This document shows positions 38,137-50,494 of a stretch of DNA of 64,000 bases, piece by piece. Under the pieces are notes generated by a model, which saw nothing but the letters and a program-made list of their open reading frames with translations, was not told the origin of the DNA and ran no database searches. The translations under genes were made by a program, and so were the position numbers. Numbering within the stretch: position 1 is the first letter of the stretch; every line of letters starts with the position of its first letter. Source of the DNA: Malacoraja senta (taxonomy: Eukaryota); assembly GCA_038087875.1 (NCBI GenBank), contig CM075999.1, positions 2,358,001-2,422,000 of the forward strand, given 5' to 3'.

Positions 38137-38279
38137 TCTTCTTCTTGCGTATGGCGTGCACAGCCTAACGTTGCAGGACAACTTGTTCTATTTGATCTTA
38201 TTTGATTGTGCACGCCAGGTTGATTGCATTCGTCGAAACAGGGCGGACCACAGACGTGAAGGTTGCAATCTCCCACCCC
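38137..38279 (-). mobile_element. Short non-autonomous retroposon (Vingi-related), copy 2, inserted into an HE1-type SINE
   Basis: TSD ATACCGAAGCC (38126-38136) / ATACCGGAGCC (38281-38291). Same termini as copy 1. Internal 11-bp inverted repeat TGGCGTGCACA...TGTGCACGCCA. Confidence 0.82.
38222..38279 (-). ncRNA. Putative minimal HDV-like ribozyme (4-nt insertion in L3)
   Basis: P1 GGGGUGG/CCGCCCU with G1-U wobble; P2 GAUUGCA/UGCAAUC perfect; P3 ACC/GGU; J4/2 CGAA with candidate catalytic C at 38232; L3 UUCACGU plus CUGU. Confidence 0.65.
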
Positions 38280-38734
38280 AATACCGGAGCCAAGGAACCT
38301 ACAAGCCTGTACGTCTGTGGAGTGTGGGAGGAAACCCATGATCTCCGAGTAAACCCAAGCAGGCCACGGGGAGAACGCCGGATTCCTCCCGCACCCCAAA
38401 GACGTAGGTTTGTAGGTTTGTGGGTTCATTGGCTTGGTATAAGTGTAAATTGTCCCGAGTGTGTGCAGGACAGTGTTAGTGGGCGGGGGATCACTGGTCG
38501 GCGCGAACTTGATGGGCCAAAGGGCCTGTTTCCGCGCTGGGGATGATCAGCCATGATCAAATTGAATGGCGGTGCTGGCTCGAAGGGCCGAATGGCCTAC
38601 TCCTGCACCTATTGTCTATTGTCTATTGTCTGTATCTCTAAACTAAACTAAACTAAGATAAACTAAGCACCCCATTGAAATTGGCTCATGTCCAACATTC
38701 AATACCTCCGTAATTCTCATAGATGGCATCACTC

Positions 38735-38789
38735 TATTTATTTATTTATCTATTTATTTATTCATTCATTTATCTATTTATCTATCTAT

Positions 38790-38820
<31 letters not shown>

Positions 38821-39330
38821 TTTGTTCCGAACAAGTAAAGACATAAATAGGAATAAATAACAACAACAAAATCGAAATAGTCAAACATTGGACATTCCAG
38901 GCAATATTTGCAAAGCAATGAAAAGCAAAATGCAAAATTTAAATGTCCAACACTTTTTCTTTACAAGCTCGAAACGGAGTGAGAAGAAGAATAACTTATT
39001 TAATCTCACCCCTTCTCCCTAAACCCTTCTTCCATATTTAATAATTAATTAATTAATAATAATAATACCCCAGCCAATTTTTAGAGATACATACAGCCAT
39101 ATATATACATACAACTGATATACACATACAAGTAATATGTATGAAGTAACCAAAAGACATAAATAAATAATAAATACAATAATAAATAAACATTAACCCC
39201 TGTTTGTCAACTATCCCCTTCATCCCTGTACCTTGTGAAAAAAAGTTTTTTGGATGTCATTTTGAACTGGTTCATGTTTGGACATTGCTTTAATTCCACA
39301 TTCAAACTGTTCCACAATCCTACTCCACAG
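38735..39330 (-). mobile_element. Crack/Daphne-like (CR1 group) LINE 3' end with (AAAT)n tail
   Basis: Minus strand near 39265-39330 encodes CGVGLWNSLNVELKQCPNMNQFK, followed by an AT-rich UTR and (TTTA)n at 38735-38822. Confidence 0.55.
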
Positions 39331-40451
39331 AGTAGAATTTAGAATTGAACAGTCTAAGACGGGAACTTGCGTCTTACATGAGGAACTGAAACTGGTGACC
39401 AGGAACGAGCACCCAGTTTCAACTCGCGAACCAGTTAACCTTTACACATCCTTCCTTGTGAGAATGGTCGGGTGGATATATCAGTCGACCAAGTGTAAAC
39501 CACAGGCTGACGCATCTGATTCACATCCCGATCCATTCACCAACTCACCACATCACCACACTTCACAACCACCCAAACTATTCTTTTTTTCCAGACTAAA
39601 GTTCTAAAGAAGGGTCTCCACACAAAACAATGCCTAAAATAGTTGGAGATGCTGGAGCAACTCAGCGGGTTTCGGTTTAGTTTATTGTCACGTGTACCGA
39701 GGTACAGTGAAAAGCTTTTGTTGCGTGCTAACCAGACAATGGAAAGACAATGCGTGATTACAACCGAGCCGTCCACAGTGTACAGACACATGATAAGGGA
39801 ATAACAATAGACAATAGACAATAGGTGCAGGAGTAGGCCATTCGGCCCTTCGAGCCAGCACCGCCATTCAATATGATCATGGCTGATCATCCCCAATCAG
39901 TACCCCGTTCCTGCCTTCTCCCCATATCCCCTGACTCCGCTATCTTTATGAGCCCTATCTAGCTCTCTCTTGAAAGCATCCAGAGAACCTGCCTCCACCG
40001 CCCTCTGACTCACCACTCTCTGTGAGAAAAAGTATTTCCTCGTCTCTGTTCTAAATGGCTTACCCCTTATTCTTAAACTGTGGCCCCTGGTTCTGGACTC
40101 CCCCAACATCGGGAACATGTTTCCTGCCTCTAGTGTGTCCAAGCCCTTAACAATCTTATATGTTTCAATAACGTTTCATGCAAGGTAAAGCCCGATCAAG
40201 GATAGACCTAGGGTCACCAATGAGGTAGATAGTAGTTCGGCACTGCTCTCTGGTTGTGGTTGGATGGTTCAGTTGCCTGATAACAGCACAAAAAGCAGGA
40301 GGAACTCAGCAGGTCAGACGGCATCTCTGGAAAAAAAGGAATAGGTGACGTCACCCGAAACGTCACCTATTCCTTCTCTCCAGAGATGCTGCCTGACCAG
40401 CTGTGTTACTCCAGCATTTTGTGTCTTTCTGCGGTTTGAAGCAGAACCGGT

Positions 40452-41240
40452 TTGAACCTGGCTCTCAACAACAGTAAAACCAAGGAACTGATTGTGGACT
40501 TTGGAAGGGGTAGGATGGGGACCCACAGTCCTGTTTATATCAACGGGACGATGGTGGAAAGGGTCAAAAACTTCAAATTCCTGGGCGTGCATATTTCCGA
40601 AGATCTTTCCTGGTCCCAGCACACCGATGCAATTATAAAGAAGGCACATCAGCGCCTCTACTTCCTGAGAAGATTACGGAGAGTCGGTTTGTCAAGGAGG
40701 ACACTCTCGAACTTCTACAGGTGCACAGTAGAGAGCATGCTGACCAGCTGCATTGTGGCTTGGTTCAGCAACTTGAACGTCCAGGAGCGGAAAAGGCTGC
40801 AGAAAGTTGTGACCACTGCCCAGTCCATCATCGGCTCTGACCTCCCCACCATCGAAGGGATCTATCGCAGTCGCTGCCTCAAAAGGCTGCCAACATCATC
40901 AAAGACCCACACCATCCTGGCCACACACTCATCTCTCCGTTGCCATCGGAAGAAGGTACAGGAGCTTGAAATCTGTAACGTCCAGTTCAGGAACAGCTTC
41001 TTCCCTACAGCCATCAGGCTATTAAACACGACAACACATAAGCTCTGAACTGCAACAGACTTATTATCATTATTGCACTATATCTGTTTATTTATTGTGT
41101 GTATATATATGGTTTATGGTCTATGTACACAAGGAACTTTTATCTTCCGTTTTGTATAATGTTTACGTATTCTGTTGTGCAAGTAAGAATTTCATTGTCC
41201 TATCTGGGACACATGACAATACAACACTCTTGACTCTTGC
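40452..41240 (+). mobile_element. Rex1/Babar-type LINE 3' fragment
   Basis: ORF NLALNNSKTKELIVDF...VERVKNFKFLGVHISEDLSW...KAHQRLYFLRRLRR...FYRCTVES...FRNSFFPTAIRLLN, followed by 3' UTR. Confidence 0.88.
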
Positions 41241-41310
41241 ATCTGCAGTTCCTTCCTGCACACGTTGCCTATCCATGTTCTCCAGCGATGCTGCCTGACC
41301 CGCTGCATTG

Positions 41311-43313
41311 AGGGCCTGTCCCACTTGGGCGTCATTTACGCGACATCATTTACGCGACATCATTTACGCGTCACGATGCACGACGGTGCACGGTGCATGG
41401 TGACGTAGGCAGTGTCGCGCGCGACGCCCCAGGATTTTGGGATTCACAAAATCTTTGCGCGCCATATGCGTGACGCGCAAATGACACCCAAGTGTCTTGC
41501 AGTCAGAAACAGATGAATTGATCATGGGGAACAAGGACATGGCAGACCAATTGAATAACTACTTTGGTTCTGTCTTCACTAAGGAAGACATAAATAATCT
41601 GCCGGAAATAGCAAAGGACCGGGGGTCAAATGAGATGGAGGAACTGAGTGAAATCCAGGTTAGCCGGGAAGTGGTGTTGGGTAAATTGAATGGATTAAAG
41701 GCCGATAAATCCCCAGGGCCAGATAGGCTGCATCCCAGAGTACTTAAGGAAGTAGCCCCAGAAATAGTGGATGCATTAGTGATAATTTTTCAAAACTCTT
41801 TAGATTCTGGAGTAGTTCCTGAGGATTGGAGGGTCGCTAATGTAACCCCACTTTTTTAAAAGGGAGGGAGAGAGAAAACGGGGAATTACAGACCAGTTAG
41901 TCTAACGTCGGTAGTGGGGAAACTGCTAGAGTCAGTTATTAAAGATGGGATAGCAGCACATTTGGAAAGTGGTGAAATCATTGGACAAAGTCAGCATGGA
42001 TTTACGAAAGGTAAATCGTGTCTGACGAATCTTATAGAATTTTTCGAGGATGTAACTAGTAGAGTGGATAGGGGAGAACCAGTGGATGTGTTGTATCTGG
42101 ACTTTCAGAAGGCTTTCGACAAGGTCCCACATAAGAGATTAGTATACAAACTTAAAGCACACGGTATTGGGGGTTCAGTATTGATGTGGATAGAGAACTG
42201 GCTGGCAGACAGGAAGCAAAGAGCAGGAGTAAACGGGTCCTTTTCACAATGGCAGGCAGTGACTAGTGGGGTACCCCAAGGCTCAGTGCTGGGACCCCAG
42301 CTATTTACGATATATATTAATGATTTGGACGAGGGAATTGAATGCAACATCTCCAAGTTTGCGGATGACACGAAGCTGGGGGGCAGTGTTAGCTGTGAGG
42401 AGGATGCTCGGAGGCTGCAAGGTGACTTGGATAGGCTGGGTGAGTGGGCAAATGCATGGCAGATGCAGTATAATGTGGATAAATGTGAGGTTATCCACTT
42501 TGGTGGCAAAAACAGGAAAGTAGACTATTATCTGAATGGTGGCCGATTAGGAAAAGGGGAGATGCAACGAGACCTGGGTGTCATGGTACACCAGTCATTG
42601 AAAGTAGGCATGCAGGTGCAGCAGGCAGTGAAGAAAGCGAATGGTATGTTAGCATTCATAGCAAAAGGATTTGAGTATAGGAGCAGGGAGGTTCTACTGC
42701 AGTTGTACAGGGTCTTGGTGAGACCACACCTGGAGTATTGCGTACAGTTTTGGTCTCCTAATCTGAGGAAAGACATTCTTGCCATAGAGGGAGTACAGAG
42801 AAGGTTCACCAGACTGATTCCTGGGATGTCAGGACTTTCATATAAAGAAAGACTGGATAGACTTGGCTTGTACTCGCTAGAATTTAGAAGATTGAGGGGG
42901 GATCTTATAGAAACTTACAAAATTTTTAAGGGGTTGGACAGGCTAGATGCAGGAAGATTGTTCCCGATGTTGGGGAAGTCCAGAACAAGGGGTCACAGTT
43001 TAAGGATAAGGGGGAAGTCTTTTAGGACCGAGATGAGAAAAACATTTTTCACACAGAGAGTGGTGAATCTCTGGAATTCTCTGCCACAGAAGGTAGTTGA
43101 GGCCAGTTGATTGACTATATTTAAGAGGGAGTTAGATGTGGTCCTTGTGGCTAAAGGGATCAGGGGGTATGGAGAGAAGGCAGGTACAGGATACTGAGTT
43201 GGATGATCAGCCATGATCATATTGAATGGCGGTGCAGGCTCGAAGGGCCGAATGGCCTACTCCTGCACCTATTGTCTATGTTTCTATGTTTCTATGTAAG
43301 TGGGACAGGCCCT
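41311..43313. mobile_element. Harbinger-like MITE interrupted by the CR1 LINE
   Basis: TIR AGGGCCTGTCCCACTT at 41311 and AAGTGGGACAGGCCCT ending at 43313; the LINE inserted at the inner edge of the right TIR. Superfamily assignment is tentative. Confidence 0.75.
41495..43297 (+). mobile_element. 5'-truncated CR1-clade LINE (HER1-like) carrying most of the ORF2 reverse transcriptase
   Basis: ORFs 41497-41859 and 41914-43110 with KSPGPD, QHGF, YLDFQKAFDKVPH, GVPQGSVLGP, SKFADDTKL. Frameshift at a T/A homopolymer near 41857; stop at 43108-43110. (TTTCTATG)n tail; TSD AAGTG at 41490-41494 and 43298-43302. Confidence 0.95.
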
Positions 43314-44497
43314 TTACTCCAGCACCTTGTATCTGCTAATGTACGTGAATTTGTACACGGCTTGATTGTATTTACGTGTGGTACTATCTGGTCTGATTGA
43401 ACAGCATGGAAAAGAAAGCCCTTCACCCTCTGTCAGTACATGTGACAATAATAAACATAAACCTACATGATAGATTTTTTTTCGGGAAGATGTAAAGAAT
43501 TCTAAAGAACTCAGATAAAGTGAAAAAAAGACACAAAGTGCTGGAGTAACTCAGCGGGTCTGGAGAACAAGGATAGGTGATATTTCGGGTCGGGACCCTT
43601 CTTCAAACCAGCATCAGTTTGAACCAGCTTCTGTCACATAACATGGATTCGTCAAATTATGTCAAATTACATGGATAGGGCAGGTTTGGAGGGATGTGGA
43701 CCTAACGCGAGCAGGTGGGGCTAGTGTTGCTGGGATATGTTGGCCGGTGTGGGCAAGTTGGGCCGAAGGGCCTGTTGTATCACTCTGTGACTCTACAAAG
43801 AGATTGCTACGGTGGCCCGGCAATTCATTTGGTGGCAGAACAAGTGCAACGCAAGTTCCTAAGATCTTAAGTGCCGCAGGAAAGCAAAATGGAGAAATGG
43901 GTGTAAGGCCGCTGAAATAAATCATCGTGGGGCCTTTTCCGTGAACTTGTGTGGACGACTCAGTGCCTGATCTTGTGGTACAACAATGTGCTTCCTTTGT
44001 GTGAGTCACGAGCTTCACTTCCCTCTCTCTTCCCCCTTTGTACTCTACAGACTGGCTGCCAATGCCATGGAAACTCTCCTGAGTTGACTCGATGGTATTC
44101 AGACACGTGCAGCTCAGCTGAACGCCCCCATTATCGGAGGAATGTGGCTTTGGAGAGGCTGCAGGAGAGGTCGACCAGAACGGCAAAGATAGACGCCCAA
44201 GTGTCTGTTAAATTATAATTAAAGGGCGCTCTTTTGCAAAGGAGGTGAGGAGGAACTTCTTCAGACAGAGGGTAGTTAATCTGTGCGACTCAAGATATTT
44301 TTAAGGCAGAGATAGGCTAATTCTTTATTAGAACGGGTGTCAAGGGATATGGGGAGAAGGTAGGGAAAATGGGATTAGAAGGCAGAGATCGGCCATGATT
44401 GAATGGCGGAGTAGACACGATGGGCCGAATGGCCTAACTCTACTCCTATAACTTACAAACTTGTGAAAAGTTTACTCCTATAACTTACAAACTTTAA

Positions 44498-44670
44498 AAA
44501 GGAACTGCAGATACTGGAAAATCGAAGGTAGACAAAAGTGCTGGAGAAACTCAGCGGGTGCAGCAGCATCTAAGGAGCGAAGGAAATAGGCAACGTTTCG
44601 TCCCGAAACGTTGCCTATTTCCTTCGTTCCTTAGATGCCGCTGAGTTTCTCCAGCACCTTTGTCTAACTT
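44498..44670. repeat. Penelope-derived palindrome
   Basis: Axis TTTCG-TCC-CGAAA at 44601-44603. Confidence 0.8.
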
Positions 44671-45311
44671 TTGAACATGTGCTGGAGCAACTCGGCATGT
44701 CATCATGCACCATCACTGTATGCCTCGTCAGCCAACCATGAACCATTCTACATTTCCTGGAGCCTCGTCTGCTTTGATCTGTCCTTTTCACACCTTACCC
44801 TTCCATATCTCTAGACTCCCTCTCCCATGACCCTGAGTCTGAAGAAGGGTCTCGACCCAAAACGTCGCACATCCTTTTTTCCTCCAGAAATGCTGCCTGA
44901 GCTACTCCAGCATTTTGTGTCTATCTTTGGTGTAAACCAGCATCTGCAGTTCTTTGTTTCTACATTTTACCAGAACGCTGCCTTATTAGAAAGAATTAGT
45001 TAAATTTCCAGCATTTATAATGTTTTAATTTTCACTTGCAGTGACAATAAATGAAACTGCAATCATGTATTGTCTTTCCGCTGACTGGTTAGCACGCAAC
45101 AAAAGCTTTTCACTGTACCTCGGTACACGTGACAATAAACTAAACTGATTGTAGGGGAAAGGAGAGGGAGCGATCACTAAACTGAATTAAACTAAACTAA
45201 ACTTTCTGAATCTGCAAATTCTATTGCACATCTAGATAATTTTACATTGCGAAATCGCACACCCCCCAGATTCAGGGACAGTTTTTTCCACAGCTGTTAT
45301 CAGGCAACTGA

Positions 45312-45561
45312 AGGGCCTGTCCCACATGGCGATTTTTTTCGGTGACTGCCGGCATCATTGACTGACGTATCAGGCCACCGAAAAAGTATGCGGCGTGGTG
45401 TGGCGTGGTGCGGCGTGACGACGTATTGACGCGCGGTGTCTCCTCAAGTGTCGCAACATTTTTTATTTTGTCGCCGCTGTTCAAATTCTTTCGCCGACCC
45501 TGATACGTCAGTCAATGACGCCGGAAGTTGCCGAAATAATCGGCAAGTGGGACAGGCCCCC
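45312..45561. mobile_element. MITE of the same TIR family, inserted in a Rex1-type 3' fragment
   Basis: AGGGCCTGTCCCAC...GTGGGACAGGCCCC; TGA duplicated at 45309-45311 and 45562-45564. Confidence 0.78.
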
Positions 45562-45679
45562 TGAATAATCCTATCACAACCAGGGAGGAGTGTTAAACTA
45601 CCATCTACCTCTTTGTTGACGTTCGGGACTATCTTTGATGGGAATTTACTGGCTTTATCTCGCACTAAACGTTATTTCT

Positions 45680-46240
45680 CTAACCAACGCCTCTACATAC
45701 ATCTTAGAAGGCTGAGGAAGTTCGGCGTGTCCCCGACAACTCTCACCAACTTCTACAGATGCGCCGTGGAAAGCATTTTATCAGGATGCATCACAGCACG
45801 GTTTGGGAACAGCTCCATCCAAGACCGCAAGGAATTGACTCCATCTACACCTCACGCTGCCTCGGCAAGGCCAGCAGCATAATCCAGGACCAGTCGCACT
45901 CCCTCTTCTTCCCTCTCCCATCAGGCAAAAGGTATAGAAGGGTGAAAACGCACACCTCCAGATTCAGGGACAGTTTCTTCCCAGCTGTTATCGGGCAACT
46001 GAACCATCCTACCACAACCAGAGAGCAGTGCTGAACTACTATCTACCTCTTTGGCGACCCTCGGACGATCCTTGACCGGACTTTGCTGGCTTTACCTTGC
46101 ACTAAACGTTATTCCCTTATCAAGTATCTGTACACTGTGAATGGATTGATTGTTTTCATGTATTGTCTTTCCACTGACTGGATAGCACGCAACAAAAGCT
46201 TTTCACTCTACCTCGGTACAACGTGACAATAAACCAAACT
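45680..46240 (+). mobile_element. Internally deleted Rex1-type LINE 3' fragment
   Basis: QRLY..LRRLRKFG..TLTNFYRCAVESILSGCIT and RFRDSFFPAVI motifs. Ends in the GTACACGTGACAATAAAC-type tail found many times in the window (e.g. 2340-2495, 8855-8960, 18700-18900, 20105-20545, 45060-45150). Confidence 0.8.
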
Positions 46241-46699
46241 GATCTCAAATGCTTTTGGAGATATATAGGCTGCATCCTCTTGCTTAATTCATGCTGGTCT
46301 GGTTTGCTATTTTGTGCAACAGTACATTACCGACCGTCTCGCCCGACTGACCAGAGCTATAATTTTGAGGCGGGAGAGAGATTCTGCCAGCAGTTCGATG
46401 GCTGGAGCTGCGGTTATTGCTCGTTAGGGGTGAAAATATGAGCAGCCAGCTCTTGCCTGACCTTTAGTGTAAATGAAGATGGTCGGACTCCTGGAGAGCT
46501 TGCCGCTGCGCGGAGGAGACCGCAGATAGCAATCTCCACCCGCGGAGCAGCCTCACCGGCCTGTCAGCCTGGCCTCGCAAATGTCAACAGCTGTGAAAAT
46601 ATTCCAACGTGTGCGCTCGGATGCGATGTTCCCACTGCCGTGCAGATGCCGTCTCCAATGCAGAGGTCAGACCTAAACACAGTTTAATTGATCAGTGAA

Positions 46700-47255
46700 A
46701 CATAGGAACATAGAAACATAGAAAATAGGTGCAGGAGTAGGCCATTCGGCCCTTCGAGCCTGCACCGCCATTCAATATGATCATGGCTGATCACCCAACT
46801 CAGTATCCTGTACCTGCCTTTTCTCCATACCCCCTGATCCCTTTAGCCACAAGGGCCACATCTAACTCCCTCTTAAATATAGCCAATGAACTGGCCTCAA
46901 CTACTTTCTGTGGCAGAGAATTCCACAGATTCACCACTCTCTGTGTGAAAAAAATGTTTCTCATCTCGGTCCTAAAAGACTTCCCCCTTATCCTTAAACT
47001 GTGACCCCTTGTTCTGGACTTCCCCAACATCGGGAACAATCTTCCTGCATCTAGCCTGTCCAACCCCTCAAGAATTTTGTACGTTTCTATAAGATCCCCC
47101 CCTCAATCTTCTAAATTCCAGCGAGTACAAGCCGAGTCTATCCAATCTTTCTTCATATGAAAGTCCTGCCATCCCAGGAATCAGTCTGGTGAACCTTCTC
47201 TGTACTCCCTCTATGGCAAGAATGTCCTTCCTCAGATTAGCAGACCAAAACTGAA
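46700..47255 (-). mobile_element. CR1 (HER1-like) LINE 3' fragment
   Basis: Nearly identical to the 3' 550 bp of 41495-43297 in reverse orientation. Confidence 0.9.
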
Positions 47256-47535
47256 GAGAGACACAAAAAGCTGGAGTAACTCAGCGGGACAGGCAGCACC
47301 TCTGGAGAGGAGGGATGGGTGATGTTTCGGGTCGAGACCCTTCTTCAGGCGACAACGAGGCATGCAATCAGTAAAATTTAATCAGGAGAACAGTGAAGCT
47401 AGTCGGAGAACTGGGATAGAGAGGGACATTTATGACCTGCAGACAATACTCAATTCTACTTTGGTCTTATTTGGTCAGAGGTTGGTGAATCTGTGGAATT
47501 CATTGCCACGGGCGGCGGTGGAGGTGAAGTCAGTG

Positions 47536-47812
47536 AAGGTAGACAAAAGTGCTGGAGAAACTCAGCGGGTGCAGCAGAATCTATGGAGCGTAGGAAATAG
47601 GCAACGTTTTGGGCCGAAACCCTCAAGGGTTTCGGCCCGAAACGTTGCCTATTTCCTTAAGGGTTTCGGCCCGAAACGTTGCCTATTTCCTTAAGGGTTT
47701 GGGCCCGAAACGTTGCCTATTTCCTTCGCTCCATAGATGCTGCTGCACCCGCTGAGTTTCTCCAGCACTTTTGTCTACCTTCGATTTTCCAGCATCTGCA
47801 GTTCCTTCTTAA
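47536..47812. repeat. Penelope-derived palindrome with three tandem central units, inserted in a CR1 tail
   Basis: Inverted arms plus 3 x AAGGGTTTYGGCCCGAAACGTTGCCTATTTCCTT. Related palindromes at ~7380-7640, 14100-14335, 27390-27595, 51268-51362, 60688-60872. Confidence 0.78.
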
Positions 47813-48244
47813 ATGCCAAGTCAGTGGATATTTTAATGGCAGAGACTGATAGATTCTTGATTAGTGCGGGTGTCAGGGGTTATGGGGAGAAGGCAGGAGA
47901 ATGGGGTGAGGAGGGAGAGATAGATCAGCCAGGATTGAATGGCGGAGTAGGCTTGATGGGCCGAATGGCCCAATTCTGCTCCTATCACTTATGAACACGC
48001 GTCTCCAGTGAGAGAATGTAAAAGAAATACACAGAATGCCTTTGAAGTTTCTTGAGATGAACGTGTGGCTTGTTTCCCATTGGTGAAGATTCTGGTTCAA
48101 CGAACTTAGGAACATGAACTTATATCCGTGTGCCTGACTAAAGGCCTAAATGGCACTGTTGTATCCCCACCACCACTCCACGCGCTCCAGACAGCCAGAC
48201 AATGGACACATGTGCAACCTACCTCTGTTTAATGGCAGTGAAAT

Positions 48245-49200
48245 ATAGAAACATAGAAATATAGGTGCAGGAGGAGGCCATTCGCCCCTTCGAGCCAGCA
48301 CCGCCATTCATTGTGATCATGGCTGATCGTCCCCAATCAATAACCCGTGCCTGCCTTCTCCCCATATCCCTTGATACCACTAGCCCCTAGAGCTCTCTTA
48401 AATCCATCCAGTGACTTGGCCTCCACTGCCCTCTGTGGCAGGGAATTCCACAAATTCACAACTCTCTGGGTGAAAACGTTTTTTCTCACCTCAGTCTTAA
48501 ATGACCTTCCCTTTATTCTAAGATTGTGGCCCCTGGTTCTGGACTCGCCCAACATTGGGAACATTCGGCCACCCCGGGCCGCGGAGTTTGAACCGGCCCA
48601 TCGCGGAGCACGGATTCAGCCGCGGGATTGACTTACCATCACCCGGGGGGGGTCACAACATCAGAAGCCTGGATCGCCTCAGCGCAGAGGAAGAACAAAG
48701 CGGGAAGAGACAGAGACTTTAAGACTTTTGCCTCCATCACAGTGAGGAGGTGCCTGGTGAACTCATTGTGGTGGATGTTAATTTGTGTTTAATGTGTGTT
48801 TTGGTATTTATTATTATATGTATGACTGCAGGCAACGAAATTTCGTTCAGACCGAAAGGTCTGAATGACAAATAAAGGAATCTCTAATCTCTAATCTCTA
48901 ATTTTTCCTGCATCTAGCTTGTCCAGTCCTTTTATAATTCTATAAGATCCCCCCTCATCCTAAACTCCAGTGAATACAAGCCTAGGTCTTTTCAATCTTT
49001 CCTCATATGACAGTCCCGCCATCCCAGGGATCAATCTCGTGAACCTACGCTGCACTGCCTCAATCACAAGGATGTCCTTCCTCAAATTAGGAGACCAAAA
49101 CTGTACGCAATACTCCAGATGTGGTCTTACCAGAGCCCTATATAACTGCAGAAGAACCTCTCCTGTACTGAAATCCTCTTGTTATGAAGGCCAACATTCC
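48245..49200 (-). mobile_element. CR1 LINE 3' fragment interrupted by a plus-strand retroposon (48567-48902)
   Basis: CR1 sequence is continuous across the insert (GGGAACATT | TTTCCTGCATCTAG). The insert ends in AATAAA plus (AATCTCT)n. Confidence 0.82.
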
Positions 49201-50494
49201 ATAGAATGGTATAAATGTAAAAATTGTCGCTAGTGTGTGTAGGATAGTGTTAGTGTGCGGGGATCGCTGGTCGGCGTGGACCCGGTGGGACGAAGGGCCT
49301 GTTTCCGTGCTGTATCTCTAAACTAAACTAAACGAAACATGAAGCAGAGGTGATACAAAGCTGAACAGCTGCGGTGACATTTATTCGAGTCCAAGCTAAA
49401 CCTGTTCATGAAAGAATTCTCGATCAGATCCAGTGCAAGAGTATGCTGCTTCCAGCCCAGTGATGCCAGCCTGGGCCAGGCTTCTAGTAGGGGGGGACGT
49501 CGGCCATTCTCAGCAAGGATTCCAGCTCACATTTTCCATTACACGTTACGAAACCACAACCTGGTCTGGCCAAACTTAGTTCTGCTTCTTGCAGCTTGAC
49601 TTGATCTGTTCCAGTCAAGCCTCATTTGACACGGACATCAATAACACACTGGCATTTAGCCAGGACATTGATCACAGTCATCGAGTCGTACAGCGCGGAA
49701 ACAGGCCCTTCAGCCCAACGCTCATGCCGGCTAAGATTTTTTTCAGTTTATTCTATAGATACAGCGCCTTTAGGTCATGGAGTCCACTCCGACCAGCGAT
49801 CCCCACACACTAACGCTATCCTACACACACCAAGGACTATTTACAATTATACCAAGCCAATTAACCTACAAATATTGGGAGTGTGGGAGGAAACCGGAGC
49901 ACCCGAAGAAAACCCACGCGAGTCACGGGGAGAACGTACAAACTCCGTACAGACAGCACCCGTGGTCAGGATCGAACCCGGATCTCTGGCGCCATGAGGC
50001 AGCAACTCTACCGCTGCGCCACCGTGTGTGCTGGCTGTTGGCGCCACCAGAACTATTGTTCTTGATTTCCCCTGTGTGTGTTTCCCCACTCCAAATTCGA
50101 ATGCTCAGCTCACACCGAACCATCAAGTCATGAACCATGCCACAGAATCGCTCTGTGTTGGGAGGAACTGCAGATGCTGGTTTACACCGAAGATAGAAAC
50201 AAAGTGCTGGAGTAACTCAGCGGGACAGACAGGCAGCGTCTCTGGAGAGAAGGAATGTGTGACGTTTCGGGTGGAGACCCTTCTTCAGACTGGGTGTCAG
50301 GGAGGGGACAGTGGATATTTGGGAAGGTCCAGAACCCCTCCATGACCCTCACGAGTGGGTTTAGAGGGATATCGGCTAAATACAGGCAAAGGGGACTAGT
50401 TAGATGGAGAGTATGAAGAAGGGTCTCGGCCCGAAAGGTCACCCATTCCTTCTCTCCATAGATGTTGCCTTTTCCCGCTGAGTTACTCCAGTGT

